From the NCBI RefSeq assembly GCF_006345805.1, contig NC_042999.1, forward strand, positions 44,516,001-44,580,000: 64,000 nucleotides of DNA. Reading direction: 5' to 3'. This DNA comes from Octopus sinensis (lineage: Eukaryota). Below, piece after piece: positions 46,702 through 60,079 of the stretch (its first letter is position 1; every line of letters begins with the position of its first letter). The translations under genes and the position numbers were made by a program. Under the pieces are notes generated by a model. That model made no database searches. It had not been told where the DNA came from and worked only from the letters and a program-made list of their open reading frames with translations.

Positions 46702-48095
46702 ATCATCATCATCGCTTAACGTCCATTTTCCATGCTGGCATGGGTTGGATGGTTCGACTGGGGTCTGGGAAGCTAGGAGGCTGCACCAGGCTCCAGTCTG
46801 AAATGGCAGTGTTTCTACAGCTGGATGCCCTTCCTAATGCCAACCACTCTGAGAGTGTAGTGGGTGCTTTTTATGTGCCAACGGCACAGGGGCCAGAGGG
46901 GGCTGGCAACGACTGCGATCGATTGATGCTTTTTATGTGCCACCGGCACGGAAGCCAGTCAAGGCAGTACTGGCATCGGCCACATTCGGATGGTGCTTTT
47001 TATGTGCCACCAGCATGGGGATCACAACTAAAATTTCATTTGATTTTGGTTTTGATGTACTTGACTCAATAGGTCTCCTCAAGCACTGCATGTCGCTCTA
47101 CGATCCAAGGTACTTTTGAGTGGGCTGGTTATGCGACACTGGTGTAGGTTACAGCTGTGAACTCATTTTATTTGCCAGGTCTTCTCAGTCACAGCATATC
47201 TCCAGAGGTCTCAGTCTTTTATCATTGCCTCTCTGAGGCCCAACGTTCGAAGGTCATGCTTCACCACCTCATCCCATGTCTTCCTGGGTCTCCCTCTACC
47301 CCGGATTCCTTCCACTGTTTGGGAGTGGCACTTCTTCATGCAGATCTCCACATCCATCCATAGTACATGACCATACCAATGCAAACGTCTCTCTTGCACG
47401 CCACATCTGATGCTTCTTATGTCCAACATGTCTCTCAGGGTGCTTACACTCTGTTGTGTGTGCACATTGACATTACACATCCAGTGGATCATGCTAGCTT
47501 CATTTCTTTCAAGCCTGCGCATGTCTTCAGCAGTCATGACCCATGTTTCACTGCCGTGAAGCATGGCAGTTTGCACACTTGCATAGTACAATTTACCTTT
47601 CACTCTGAGCGAGTGGCCCTTTGTCACCAGTAGGGGTAGGAGCTTTCTGAACTTTGCCCAGGCTATTCTTATTCTAGTGGTAACACTCTCTGAGCATCCA
47701 CCCCCACTACAGACTTGGTCACCTAGGTAATGGAAGCTATCAACTACTTTTATTTTTTTTCCCCCCTGGCATGTGACGGAATCTGTTTTCTGAGCATCTG
47801 TAATGTTTATTGCCCCTGTACATTGCCGCACACGAAAGCTATCTTCCCAGTTAATCTTCCTTTGATGTTATTGCACCTCATATGTGTCCATAGCTTACAC
47901 TGGGTATATCTTATAGAGTTTCTACCTACACCTTTTCTACAGATCAAGCAGGGCCACCTACCTGAAGGGGTGTGTGAGGTGTTTGCCTTCCTACTTACTA
48001 GAACTTTGATCTTTGCAACATTGACTCTAAGGCCCTTCGATTCTAAACCTTGCTTCCACACCTGGTCAGGAGTAAATGTCACATGACTGAATACT
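46702..48095 (-). mobile_element. Longer 5'-truncated RTE LINE with frameshifted RT C-terminal half
   Basis: ORFs 47807-48121 and 47211-47831: GLESKGLRVNVAKIKV...FHYLGDQV...RIRIAWAKFRKL...AMLHGSETW...RGRGRPRKTW. Confidence 0.9.
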
Positions 48096-48609
48096 GAATT
48101 TTTTGGTGTCAGTTTTGGCAAATATATTATGGTGATTCTCTAGTTTATTTCTAAAATGATTTGAAGATTCTGCTGTGAAAACAATATGAAGACAGTATGT
48201 CAACCAACTGTTGATGTTAAGATCAAAGAGGATTTAGTGGTATCATATGCAAATTTTATTGATTGTGTTTATGCATTTTTAAAACTATTCAATGCTTGCT
48301 GTCGTGTAGAAAATAATATAAAGAAAAGAGAAGTACTCAGTGGCCAGTGGGATGTATTTGAGGTACATAGACAAATACTGATATAGGAAATAACATAAGA
48401 ATTATTGATTTCTCAAGATTATCTCTACTTCTAGTAGATGTCATAATTACCAAAAAGCAGTTAAGACCGGCTCTACATCAAAAGGAGAGATAATCTCAAA
48501 GCTCAAGAATTCTCCACAGTTGACATTCCATTAAAGAAAAGGACTGATTTATTGTCTGGAGATAAGAGGATTGTCATGAACATGTGTTTCTGTATCAGAC
48601 ACTCTAGAC

Positions 48610-48947
48610 CAGTGTTTCTTGACCTTTTTACCCTTGCATAACCCTTAAAATAAATTACATGTCTCAAGGAACCCCTGCACAAAAAAATTATATATCATAT
48701 CTTTCTCATATTTTTTCCTCGTAGTTCATGTGGTAAATATCATATATATTTGTTATATTTTTGATAACATAAGTTAGACAGGATGATGTTTATATTGCAA
48801 TATTACAATAACCAGTAATATGCTGTGCATTTGAGTAATATTATGATCATGAAATTAGCATTAGCTTATCTCATTCTTTCTTGTGGAATCCCTAGGAACC
48901 TTTTGCAGAACCCTAGGGTTTCGGGGAACTCCGGTTGAGAAACGCTG
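48610..48947. mobile_element. hAT (Charlie-type) MITE with a perfect 8-bp TSD
   Basis: CTCTAGAC at 48602-48609 and 48948-48955; TIRs CAGTGTTTCTTGACC / GGTTGAGAAACGCTG. Confidence 0.88.
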
Positions 48948-50238
48948 CTCTAGACAATAAGCCTGTCTCTTTCCTTAATGGCATATCAACTTTAGATTGT
49001 CTCCCCTCCTTATATGGAGTTGGTCCTAATTGCCATTTAACAATATATTCTCTAGAGGCAGAAATAAATTTAATCAATCAAGAATTTATGTTGTAGCTTT
49101 ATTGTATTTGATTTTGATAAATCATCATCATTCGTTTCCCATCCCCTCATAGGCTGGACAGTTTGATGGGGGTGGGCGAGCCATAGGACTACATCAAGTT
49201 CTGTGGTCTGCTGTAATATATATATAAGATTTTTGAAAGATTTAATCACTGAATATGAAAATAGAGCAGTTTGATTTTTTCCTATGGTTTCACTAATCCA
49301 TTGGGAAGTAGTTCCATTTTTTTGGTTTTTGCTGAATTCATATGAAATATAAATATGTTTTGATGTAGTTATAGAAATAAAGCAAATTCAAGGAGTAGTT
49401 TTAGAATTCTGATAAAGTTAAAGGCATTTCATTAAAAATATAATACACCAAGTAGTGTGTGTTCTCAGGGAGGGTCTGTGGAGACTGTAATGTGGACAAA
49501 GAAATTGCTAAATTTTTTGAACTATTCCAACATTATGGTGTAGAAAGAAAGACTTGTATGGATGCAAACGCCGACATTTTCTCATTAGTAAGGGAGTGGG
49601 AGGTAGCAAGAAGTTTTACTATTTTCTTTCTTGGGGGCCAGGCTGGTATATTATCAGTTTGAGAACAGCTGCATTATCCTTCATTAAAAAAAAAAATTTT
49701 ATCTTTAGATCTGCTCTGGTTATACAGAAAAAGTGTTTTAGCTGTAATCAACTTGTCTTTATTTCAAACATATTATCTGTAAAACTTCATTATCCAATAT
49801 GTGTCTTGTAGTTTTCTTAAGATGGCAGGCATGTGATTTTAGGGAGATTTGAATGCTATTTCTAGCAAGTCAAATTTTGCTGAATACACTTTAGTTTTCT
49901 GAGATACTGTTGGCCTTTGAATATATTGTTTTACTGTCAGCTGTTTTTCTTTCAGTAACCATTCAGTTTGAAAGTGGTTGATTTAGTAACACTCCTCCCC
50001 ACTAAATTTCAATTGAACTAGAGTTTTTACAGTTATCTTCACTTGAAAAAAGCCATATTTCTTTATTAGCTTTTTTTTCATATTTTGAATATTAGAAACT
50101 TATTTTTATGTTCCACATGACAAGATATGCAAGATGACATGGTTTATATTATTTTTTACAAGAATGCTGTATAAATGTCTAGAATATACTTTGCTTTTTA
50201 CAGTTTGATGATAATGGTTGCATTATTTTAAAATTTAG

Positions 50239-50381
50239 TTGATGAAGAAAGCTATTCAGAGAAAAGAGCAAGAAACTAACTTTGAAGAAAAACGCTTAAA
50301 CCTTGGCTTAGAGGAAGAGAGGGAGCAGAATAAAGAAAATGAACAGAAACGTATTATGAAAGATCCTTACTATGATTTGGA
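50239..50381 (+). CDS. ZC3H18: ZC3H18 exon (LMKKAIQRKEQETNFEEKRLNL...KDPYYDL)
   Basis: TTTAG|TTG ... GA|GTAAGT; matches VLKKATIRKEQEPDFEEKRF...DPYYD. Confidence 0.93.
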
Positions 50382-52341
50382 GTAAGTTACATGTTTATTG
50401 TGTTCAGTTGTTTGCAAATTAATTTGTTACATTTGTTTGTTTTGTAGTTAATAGATTTCATGTGGATGGGTTCATGTTTAAACATTTCTTTCTTCATGCG
50501 CATATTTAATAGATGATGGTTATTGCTGCTACTGTTTAGTTTTGGATAGCTCGGGTCAAGCAAACTTACTGATAAGTGGCATTTCAGCTATGACTATTCT
50601 GTCTTTTAATTTATGAAAGACTACACCTTGGATACGTAATCAAAGTATCACAAGTAGATTTTGTGTAGAAGGAACTAAAATTCAGCATTGTGAGCCAGTG
50701 TATTGACATGTTAATTTCCTAATGCTGCTTATAGCGATGAACTGCAGTATCTACTTAAATGTACGTGAACTTAGTCATTTACCCTATGCCTCAGCACTGG
50801 TGATTGGACATAAAGAATTCCTGATCTTTCAGCTTAACAATCATTTTGTTCATTCTTCTTTTGAAATTTGTATTTCATACAAAGTTTATTTTTGTGGTAT
50901 ATAACCAATTTGTGCCTCTATATGCATGTGTTTAAACATACTACAATCTTCACATGTGTGTATGTGTTAAATATTCACAGTAACACAGAAATGATGATAA
51001 TATCATTCACTAAAAAACTTAATTTTTTCCTTTAAGTTGACTGATGAGCTAAGTTATATTCCAACAATGCCCATTCGATATTATCCATATTTTCCATTAT
51101 TTTGTTTCTTAATCATTTATAAGTCACAATAGTTTGTCATATGTTCATAATGCTTCCTCCTCTTTTCCATATTTTAATGGGTTATTATTTCCACCTAGAA
51201 AAGCTGTAGTTTATAAAGTAAGGATAAAAAGAACCAATCTGAGACAACAATCTCTAAAAGAATAAATAACCTAGACCTGAATGGAAGTAAGATGGGAAGG
51301 TTTCTCCTAATTTAGTGCTGAATGTGTACACAATGAATCCATTCAGAATGCATTTTTCATAGCACTTCAAATGAATCTCATGTGATGACAGCTCTCAGTG
51401 AAACAGTTTCTTCAGTATTGGTAAAATTCTCATATTAAACAACAATGAAAGAGAGAGAGAATTATACTTTTGACCATCTGTGTCAAAACTGCTGACATAT
51501 GTTGACAGTGTTAGTATTGTCCATAGTTTGTGTTGTGCTGGGTGATTCTTTATTGTAGACCTAGCAAACTATAAGCGTTATACATTATGTGACATGGATT
51601 TGTCAGTAGGCTATGATTTGGCATGGTGGAAATTACTTCCTCAAAGCACCAGGTATTAAAACACCTGTAATTCAAGCACAAGTGAGATCTCTTACCCTAG
51701 ATTCCATTCAGGAGTGATGGGCATCAGTGTTTCACCATTTTTGTGGCTTATCAACATCATGTACCTAAACTGAATTGAAGGTGAATCATACTGCTTGTCC
51801 ACAAGTTATATACACATAGTGTAAAAACTATGGGCTGGTATGCCTCTGAAAATGCATACATAAGAATAAATTCAGATACGAAGTCGAAGCAGTGCTAGTG
51901 TAATAAACATTATTGACCATACCTACTTAATGTATATGGTTTGTGTGTTTGCCAGTAGGCTGTGATTTGGTGTGGTGGAGATTACTCTCTCAAAGTGCCA
52001 CCTAAAAGTCATGGACAGGTGAGACAACTCACCCCAGATCCCATTCAGGATCAGTGAACATTGGTGTCTAATGTAATGCTTATTTATTCACATTGTTTTG
52101 AATTAATCATGCATTATCTCATAGCTTTTGAGATTTTAATGATTGTTTTTTAGAGTGATATTTTAGGGTGGGTGCGAGAGGCTGGATCTGGCCTGTTTGA
52201 ATATAAAACTGGGTGTATATTTGGGTTCGATATGGCCGGTGTAGATACTAAAGGGTTAAGGTGCATATGGTAGTATGCGTCAATATTGTGCAAGAAAAAT
52301 CACTGGAGATAATTTAGTTTGTTGTACTTTTCTTGATGCAG

Positions 52342-52456
52342 AGATGAAGATGATTATTATAAGACACATGTACATGGCTGGCAAACAGGACAGTATGAAA
52401 ACTTTGAAGTTCGCTGGACAAGAGAACCTGATCATATCAACAGTGCATATCATGGG
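52342..52456 (+). CDS. ZC3H18: ZC3H18 exon (DEDDYYKTHVHGWQTGQYENFEVRWTREPDHINSAYHG)
   Basis: GATGCAG|A ... GGG|GTAGGT; conserved GQYENF motif; frame-consistent. Confidence 0.9.
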
Positions 52457-52585
52457 GTAGGTTAATGATCGTAATGATCCACATATCAAGCTTAACTTTT
52501 GAAATGTTCATTTCTATGATTTCTCTTTGATTTTTTTTTTGTTGAATACTAATGACATTGTTGTTTTTTTATTCTCTTTAAATAG

Positions 52586-52743
52586 AGTAGAGAACGGGAA
52601 AGAGACCGTCATCCTGCTCTTCTCCCCACCAGGGAAGTACAGCGGCAACCATATGGCTCACCAGTGGAGCGATTAGATCGTATGGATAGAATAGACAGAG
52701 TGGAAAGAATTGAACGTATGGACAGGATGGAAAGAATTGAGAG
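52586..52743 (+). CDS. ZC3H18: ZC3H18 exon (SRERERDRH...ERLDRMDRIDRVERIERMDRMERIER)
   Basis: AATAG|AGT ... AG|GTATGT; mixed-charge RE/RD region. Confidence 0.85.
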
Positions 52744-54274
52744 GTATGTCATTAGAAATAACTTCAACTTGATAATTATGAAGATCGTTATTTTTAATTT
52801 TGAAAAAATGGAAAAGACTGAGTCATCAGATCAGTTTATATTTTTATTCTTTTACTTGTTTCCGTCATTGAACTGAGGCCATCATAGGGTACCACTTTGA
52901 AGAGTTTAGACAGACAATTGACTCCAGTACTTAGTTTTGAGTCCGGTACTAGTTCTGTGGCCTAGTGGTTAGGGCATTGCACTAATGATCATTAGATCAT
53001 AGATTCAACATTTGACACACTTGTGCATCTGTACAGACAATGTCGATTTGATGGAGAGAGCTTATGTAAACACAAACATTTGATCACTTTAAACAAATTA
53101 TCTGTGTGGTTATTTAGTAAGAAATTGTGGAACTCTCATCCGTCATCTAATGATGGGAGAGTCCATAATATATACTAGCAGGAAGACCACTCTCTGGTCA
53201 GTTTTCTGTCAGCTACTTGATAATATTTTCACATTTGATTCCCAATTCTAATAATTTTTATATTTTACATCTAATTATTTCTTTGTATAATAATGTTCAT
53301 TTGCTTAGTAAATTTTGTTTTCATTATTTTATCAGTCATAATCTCTCATTTTTAAACAAACAACTATGGAGTGGGGAAGCAGTTTGTCAAGTTTTACCTT
53401 GCCTCGAAGCAACATAGAGATTTCAATACTGCAGCCCATCTGTAAGCTTTGCAGTGTGTATGTGTGTGAGAGAGAACATTGCAAATAATGAATGAAATAA
53501 ACCGGAAATTAAAAAACTGTATAGATAAAAGGGCAAAACTACAGATATGTATGCCCCTGACTTTGTTGCCTCATAACATCCAGAAAAATGGATACTTTTT
53601 AACGAAATTTTTTACAAATACTGCTTAAATGCTGTGGCTTCAGAGTATATAGGGATTTATGGAAAAGAATTTTTCCGAGGGGGTGGAGAGAAGAGTTTTG
53701 AAAAAAACACACAATCCGACTTTTTTCCTTCATAACTTCCAGGAAAATGGGTATCTTTTGATGAAAGTTTATACAAATACCTTTCAAACAGCTTAGATTA
53801 CGACTATAAAGAAATTTGTGAGGAAAATTTTTTCCAAGGGAGTGGGGAGAGGAGTTTTGGTAAAATGGAGTTTCAGAATCATGAAGACCAAATAAATTAG
53901 AACTCCTCTGTTTTGATGGGGATTTCCCCCACTTTTTTTTTTTTTAAACCACAGCCTTTGAAATGATGGGATGGGATGGGATGGAGTTGGTGGGGTAGGG
54001 GACATCTTTGTATGAAAAATGTTTGCCCCCCACCCCAACTAATCATCCCATTCCGGACATATTTTGGCCAATTTTTTTTTGCACTTTAAAACCATGGGAG
54101 GAGCCTTTTGGGTAAAAAAAAAAACCAATGTTAATATTTTCAGAAGGAAAAATGAGTGATTTAAGAGAGATTTGGCTATTGTTTCTAGCACATCCCAAGC
54201 CAACCCTCTTCTTTTCTCTATCACTCTTGCATGTATTGATGTTTTTCAATATTTTTCTCCCCCTAAATACATTT

Positions 54275-55452
54275 ATCATCATCATCATCATCATCATCGT
54301 TTAGCGTCCGTTTTCCATGCTAGCATGGGTTGGACGGTTCTACTGGGGTCTGTGAAGCCAGAAGGCTTCATCAGGCCCAGTCAAATCTGGCAGTGTTTCT
54401 ACGGCTGGATGCCCTTCCTAACGCCAACCACTCCGTGAGTGTAGTGGGTGCTTTTTACGTGCCACCCGCACTGGTGCCAGACAGAGCTGGCAAACGGCCA
54501 CGAACGGATGGTGCTTTTTATGTGCCACCGGCACGAGGGCCAGGCGAGGCTGGCAACGGACACGAAATGGGGCGGTGCTGGCAACGGTCGCGAAACGGAA
54601 AGTTCTCTTACATGCCACCGGCACTGGTAACACATCTGCAATTTCCATTGATCGATTTCGATTCTGATCGTCACTTGCCTCAACGGGTCTTCACAAGCAG
54701 AGTTTTGACATGCCACCGGCACTGGTAGCACATCCGCAATTTCCATTGATCGATTTCGATTCTGATCCTCACTTGCCTCATCACGTCTTCACAAGTAGAG
54801 TTTTGTGTCCCAAGAAGGGAAGGTATGCATACGTAGGCTGGCTCCATCCCATGTAGAAGGCCACGGGTTATGGACTCACTTGTCCTGCCGGGTCTTCTCG
54901 CGCACAGCACACTTCCAGAGGTCTCGGTCTCTAGTCATTTCCTCAGTGAGACCTAAAGTTCGAAGGTCGTGCTTCACCACCTCGTCCCAGGTTTTCCTGG
55001 GTCTGCCTCTTCCACAGGTTCCCTCAACCGCTAGGGTGTGGCACTTTTTCACACAACTATCTTCATCCATTCTCGCCACATGACCATACCAGCGCAAACG
55101 TCTCTCTTGCACACCACAACTGATGCTTCTTAGGTCCAGCTTTTCTCTCAAGGTACTTACACTCTGCCGAGTGTGAGTACCGGCATTACACATCCATCGA
55201 AGCATACTGGCTTCATTTCTAGCGAGCTTACGCATATCCTCAGCAGTCACGGCCCATGTTTCACTGCCATGTAGCATGGCTGTTCGTACACACGCATCAT
55301 ACAGTCTGCCTTTCACTCTGTGCGAGAGGCCTTTTGTCACCAGCAGAGGTAAGAGCTCTCTGAACTTTGCCCAAGCTATTCTTACTCTAGCAGTTACACT
55401 TTCAGCACACCCGCCCCCGCTGCTGACTTGGTCACCTAGGTAACGGAAACTA
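54275..55452 (-). mobile_element. 5'-truncated RTE LINE, young copy
   Basis: Intact ORF 54876-55340 (RT C-terminus), 3' UTR, (GAT)n tail. Confidence 0.92.
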
Positions 55453-56748
55453 TGCTATAAAAACGAAAATTTGAAAAATTATGATGTTTTTGCAACTCCA
55501 CTTCCTGTTCCCTATTGTTTTTGTTTAGAATTTAAAATATTGGAGAGCCTGAGGTCATTGCTGGCATTTATCCACTGGTTTAAAAAAACCTTATGTAATT
55601 CATTATAATAGCATAACCTTTCTGTTCGAGAACGTTTTTTTCTTACGCACAACATGCAGCTTCGCTTGATTGAGGTGGGGGTAGAAATTTCGATTACAAT
55701 TTTTTTTGTTGCTTAAATTTCACCAATGGACCATGTGTGTGTTATGTCAGAACCATCATTCCATGAAATGTGTTTAATCAGAAAAAATATTGAAAAAACA
55801 TCAATACTTGTGAGAGTGAAAAGGGATGGTGGTTTGGGTTGTGCTAGAAACAACAGACAAAGCACCCTTGAATTGTTCACCTTTTCCTCTGAAAATATTT
55901 ATATTCTCTTTTTTTTTGTTTTTTTGCTAAAACGGTTCCTCCTATGGTTCTTATGTTTAAAAAAAAAATGACCAGAATTGGCCTGGATAGTTATTATTGT
56001 AAGGCTTATAGCGTTTCAAACAACCAAAACAACAAAATCACTTAATTTTTTTTTTTACCAAAATTATACCGGTATATTAAAAAAATTTCATTAAATAGAT
56101 AATGTTTTTACATTACATATATAGAATAAACTGTGGGTTTTCCAAATAGCAAATTAAAACTTGAAACAAAAACATTGAAATAGAGAGTGGGAGACTTTGC
56201 AAATGAAAATGGAATACTCCACAATGAATGTAACGAATATTTAAATTTGTGAAAAATTGTAGTTCAAAAATTCAGTAAACTTCAGAAATCAAAATTATAG
56301 GAAATTTCTTGGAACATGATTTTATAAAAAAATTTCTAGATGGTCAAGCCTTTAATAATTGCTTTCTTTTAGTAACTGTTGAAAAGCAGCTTTCTCCATT
56401 GAAATATAGATTGATAGATAGATAGATATATGTGTGTGACAGGCTTCTATACAGTTTCTGCTAATCAAATTCACTGGGCTGAACCTGAAACCACGTGGGT
56501 ACAAAGTGAACTTTTTAATCACAGAGCCATGCCTGCTTGTGCCATGTTCTTAATAATAATGGTTAATTTCTCTTAGTCATGCTAGGGTCTTGTAAGATAA
56601 AATAATGTTTTAATGGAAGGTGTCATTTGTTTCATCTAATCAGCAAATGAATTAAAAAACATATGTGAATGTAAAATTAAAATTAAAATTGTTTATTGTG
56701 TTAATAAATTTTTTGAGGAAATACACTGAATTGCAAATATTGTTTCAG

Positions 56749-57003
56749 GTATGATGTAAATAAAAGGCGAGATGAACGCAGAGAAGCAAGAGATATGCGT
56801 GAGCCTAGAGATGTCCGAGAACCAAGGGAGATGAGAGAGATGCCCAGCACTAGGGATGTTAGAATTGATAATAGAATTGATAATAGAATTGATAACCGAG
56901 TTGATGGACGTTGGCGGGATGATCGTCGGGGTGATGACCGCAATTCAGAAGACATCAACCCACAGAGACCCCGGGCTGATGAATGGAGAGATCCCTGGCG
57001 ACG
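56749..57003 (+). CDS. ZC3H18: ZC3H18 exon (YDVNKRRDERRE...RPRADEWRDPWRR)
   Basis: TTTCAG|G ... CG|GTATTG; conserved RADEW(K/R)DPWRR motif. Confidence 0.93.
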
Positions 57004-58349
57004 GTATTGTGGTTTTACTAACATTCACTTTTCTGTTCTGCTGATTAATTCCAATTTGCATCTAAGGTCACTGGAAACTGTTAGTAATTAATAGTTCTTT
57101 ACATATGTAAATCCATCAATTAGATATTTGAAAATATGAAGCAGAATTTATATTATTTGTGACAAGAAAAAAAATTATGACTTTTTCCTTTTTTTTTTCT
57201 TTTACACCGCATTCTTCTGCCAAGTTCATTTTTTGACTCATGTAAAGTCATTAAAGTCAATGCATGAAATGAGATAATTTTCTTTTAATTGAATATCTCT
57301 TTAACCCTTTAGTGTTTAAACTGGCTATGTTTGAGTCTAATATTCTACCTGTTTTATGTTCAAACCAGCCAGATCTGGCCTCTCACATTTACCCTACATT
57401 GCCATTTTAAAAATAAACCATCACTTCATTGAAGTCTTGATGCTATGTGATAATGCTTGATTAATTCAAAACAATATGAATAAATGAGCATTGACTAGAA
57501 AAAAAATATGTAGACTATATCCAAACAACAGATATGAGTAAGGTATGCTTTAAACAAGATAAAGTTTTTGTATGAATAATGATGTTTAAAAATAAAAATT
57601 GCAATAGGTTTATTTTTAATAAAGCTGATTAGTTCATCAAAATAATTTTCATAAATAATGAATACAGATTCATCTAAATTCTTAATTCTTTGAGCCCAAA
57701 TTGAATAGGCAATGGTCAAGATTTAATCCATGGATATGTTGTGATTTCTTTCTGTGTTTATGTATTTCTGTGAGGGAATAAAACAGATTGCTAGCTGAGT
57801 TCTGAAATGCTTCACACAAATTGAAGTAAAACTAAGAAATCACTACACTCACAAACTGACAGTTGACTAAATATGAACAGCATATTTAATACATGTAAAA
57901 TATAAATATGTCTTCAACTGCAAAAAGACTATGAGGAGCAGACTTTAGCTCTGGGTTTATAATGAAATGAATATATTTGATAAATGCTAATTAATCTATC
58001 TTGGAGATCATTTCAACATATATCTATTCTGAAACTTTGTGAAATGAAGCGTGAATATTTAATGCTCAGGTGCTTGGTGAAATGCTTCATCAAATGACTT
58101 GAATACATGGCTATTTAGATACCGATACTCTATCTATTTACCCATGTTGGTCATTATAATCAGATCTTTAGTTGAAGAAACCGGAAGGATTATAATTGAA
58201 GCCTCTTCAACAAAATCTAGCTATAATATTTTTTAGTATAAATGGTAATCTTAGGAAATTCAAAAACCTAGACCATTGGAAATATTACATTATCTTGTGA
58301 TATTTTTTAGTTGGTAAATTCATATATATATGTTAATTTTATTTTGAAG

Positions 58350-58454
58350 GTCGAAATCTCCAAAGAGCAAACGTCGTAATTCACCTTCTCGTAGCTGGTC
58401 CAGAGGCAGGCGGCGTACTCGACGTTCATATAGTGTGTCTTCATACTCTTCAAG
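58350..58454 (+). CDS. ZC3H18: ZC3H18 exon (SKSPKSKRRNSPSRSWSRGRRRTRRSYSVSSYSS)
   Basis: TTGAAG|G ... AG|GTAATA; continues PWRRSKSPK as in vertebrates. Confidence 0.92.
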
Positions 58455-58733
58455 GTAATAAACACAGAAAAATTTATTTGAATCACATTTGAACAATATC
58501 TTTCTAGAATGTTATACGAAACAACTTCTTTAGCTTATTCTCATTATATTATAAGTTAAGAAATTCACATTTCTTGTTAAATTTGATATTCTTGAATGTC
58601 AGCAATGTATGTAATTTTTCTCTCTATATATTTTTAAATATTATGATGTATTTAAAAACAAAAAAACAATCTGCCTTCTCTCATCGTGCACTATTTCACA
58701 GTTTTTGTGTTAACTATTATCTGCCTTTTGCAG

Positions 58734-58826
58734 TTCATATTCTAATTCATTCCGCTCCAGGTCCTCGTCTTACTCTTCCTACACTAGTCGGTCATCATAC
58801 AGCCGGTCTTCATCATATAGTTCAAG
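58734..58826 (+). CDS. ZC3H18: ZC3H18 exon, S/R/Y-rich (SYSNSFRSRSSSYSSYTSRSSYSRSSSYSS)
   Basis: TTTGCAG|T ... AG|GTGGGT; frame-consistent; matches SRSRSSSYSSYSSRSS. Confidence 0.88.
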
Positions 58827-59965
58827 GTGGGTAACTTTTCACTAATTTTAATTATATATAAAAAAAAAGGTAAAAAAAAAAAATGAAGTGTGTGCGGTTA
58901 AGATGCTGCACTACAAACTGTTGCATTGTCCCCCAGAACAGGGTACATAACTCTGCTCACCCTTTCTAGTTTTTCCTGATTCAACAAAAACGGGTTCTGC
59001 TCCTGTTTCATGTACGAGCGATTAGTTGTAGGAAGGACATCCAGCTGTAAAAATTATTGCTCCAGCAACAAAAGAAAAATACTCATTCTGCTTATGCATG
59101 CATGGCAAAATTGACTTAATTCCCATATACACAAACATATATTATAGTGAAAGTTAGTGGGATGCCTCCATTGAGATATTTTGAGAATTATTGAAGTGTG
59201 ATGGTTTCATGCTTCTGTAGACTTCATGTAAAGTTAAGTATTTAGTCTGAAGAACATAACCCAGTGCCTACATAGACGGTTGAACTAATATCTGATAAAA
59301 GACTTTTGTGCTCTCTACTTCTCTCTCTCAAACACATGCAATGACTTCTACTTTTTTGGTAAAAACTTCTGCAACACAAATGTATGTTGTTGGGAATATG
59401 TATTTTGGGTTTACCGCTTATTCAAGAGAGCGCATCAGTACAACTAGCTTAATTCTTTTGCCTGCAAAAACACATGCTCTCAAATTAGGATTTAAACACT
59501 TCATCTACTTGTTGATTTCACATCACAGCAATTCTACCAATATATTGCTTTAAAAAAGATTTAGGCATTGTTGCATGTTGGCTGGAAAAGTATTATGAGT
59601 TATTGGTAGGTTTTCATTAGATATCATAGATGATATGATATTAGATCAAATATCAGGAAAACGTGTTGTAAATCTATTGAAATTTTGTTAATATGTGAAC
59701 AAAAAAATTTGAAGTGATATTCATAATTTTCATTGCTGTTCTATTTTTAACTTGCATTAATGTTTTTGTTTTTACTTCAGGAAAAATTATACACACAATG
59801 ATAATTAGATAAGAATCTGCTACAGGCTGTCTAAATGCTGTGCATAAAAAAAAGTTTAGCTTTATGCTATTTAGCTTGATTTTTGAATAAAATTTTATGA
59901 TTACTGCATAATTTTATGATTGGTTGATTTGCAATAAATTTCTTCCTTTTTACTGTTAAACTTAG

Positions 59966-60079
59966 ATCATCTCTATCTAGATCAAGGTCTCGTAGTATTC
60001 CTGCGTCGGCTAAAAGACCAGTTCCACAAAAGTTACCTCCGTCTTCAAACACTGAAAAGAAATTGCTTCCCAAAGCCAG
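59966..60079 (+). CDS. ZC3H18: ZC3H18 exon (SSLSRSRSRSIPASAKRPVPQKLPP...LLPKA)
   Basis: CTTAG|A ... AG|GTAATA; open and frame-consistent. Confidence 0.85.

Noticed and set aside
50985-51050. Intronic C/D-box snoRNA candidate (ATGATGA...CTGA)
   Set aside because: No terminal stem or recognisable guide; such boxes are frequent by chance in AT-rich DNA.
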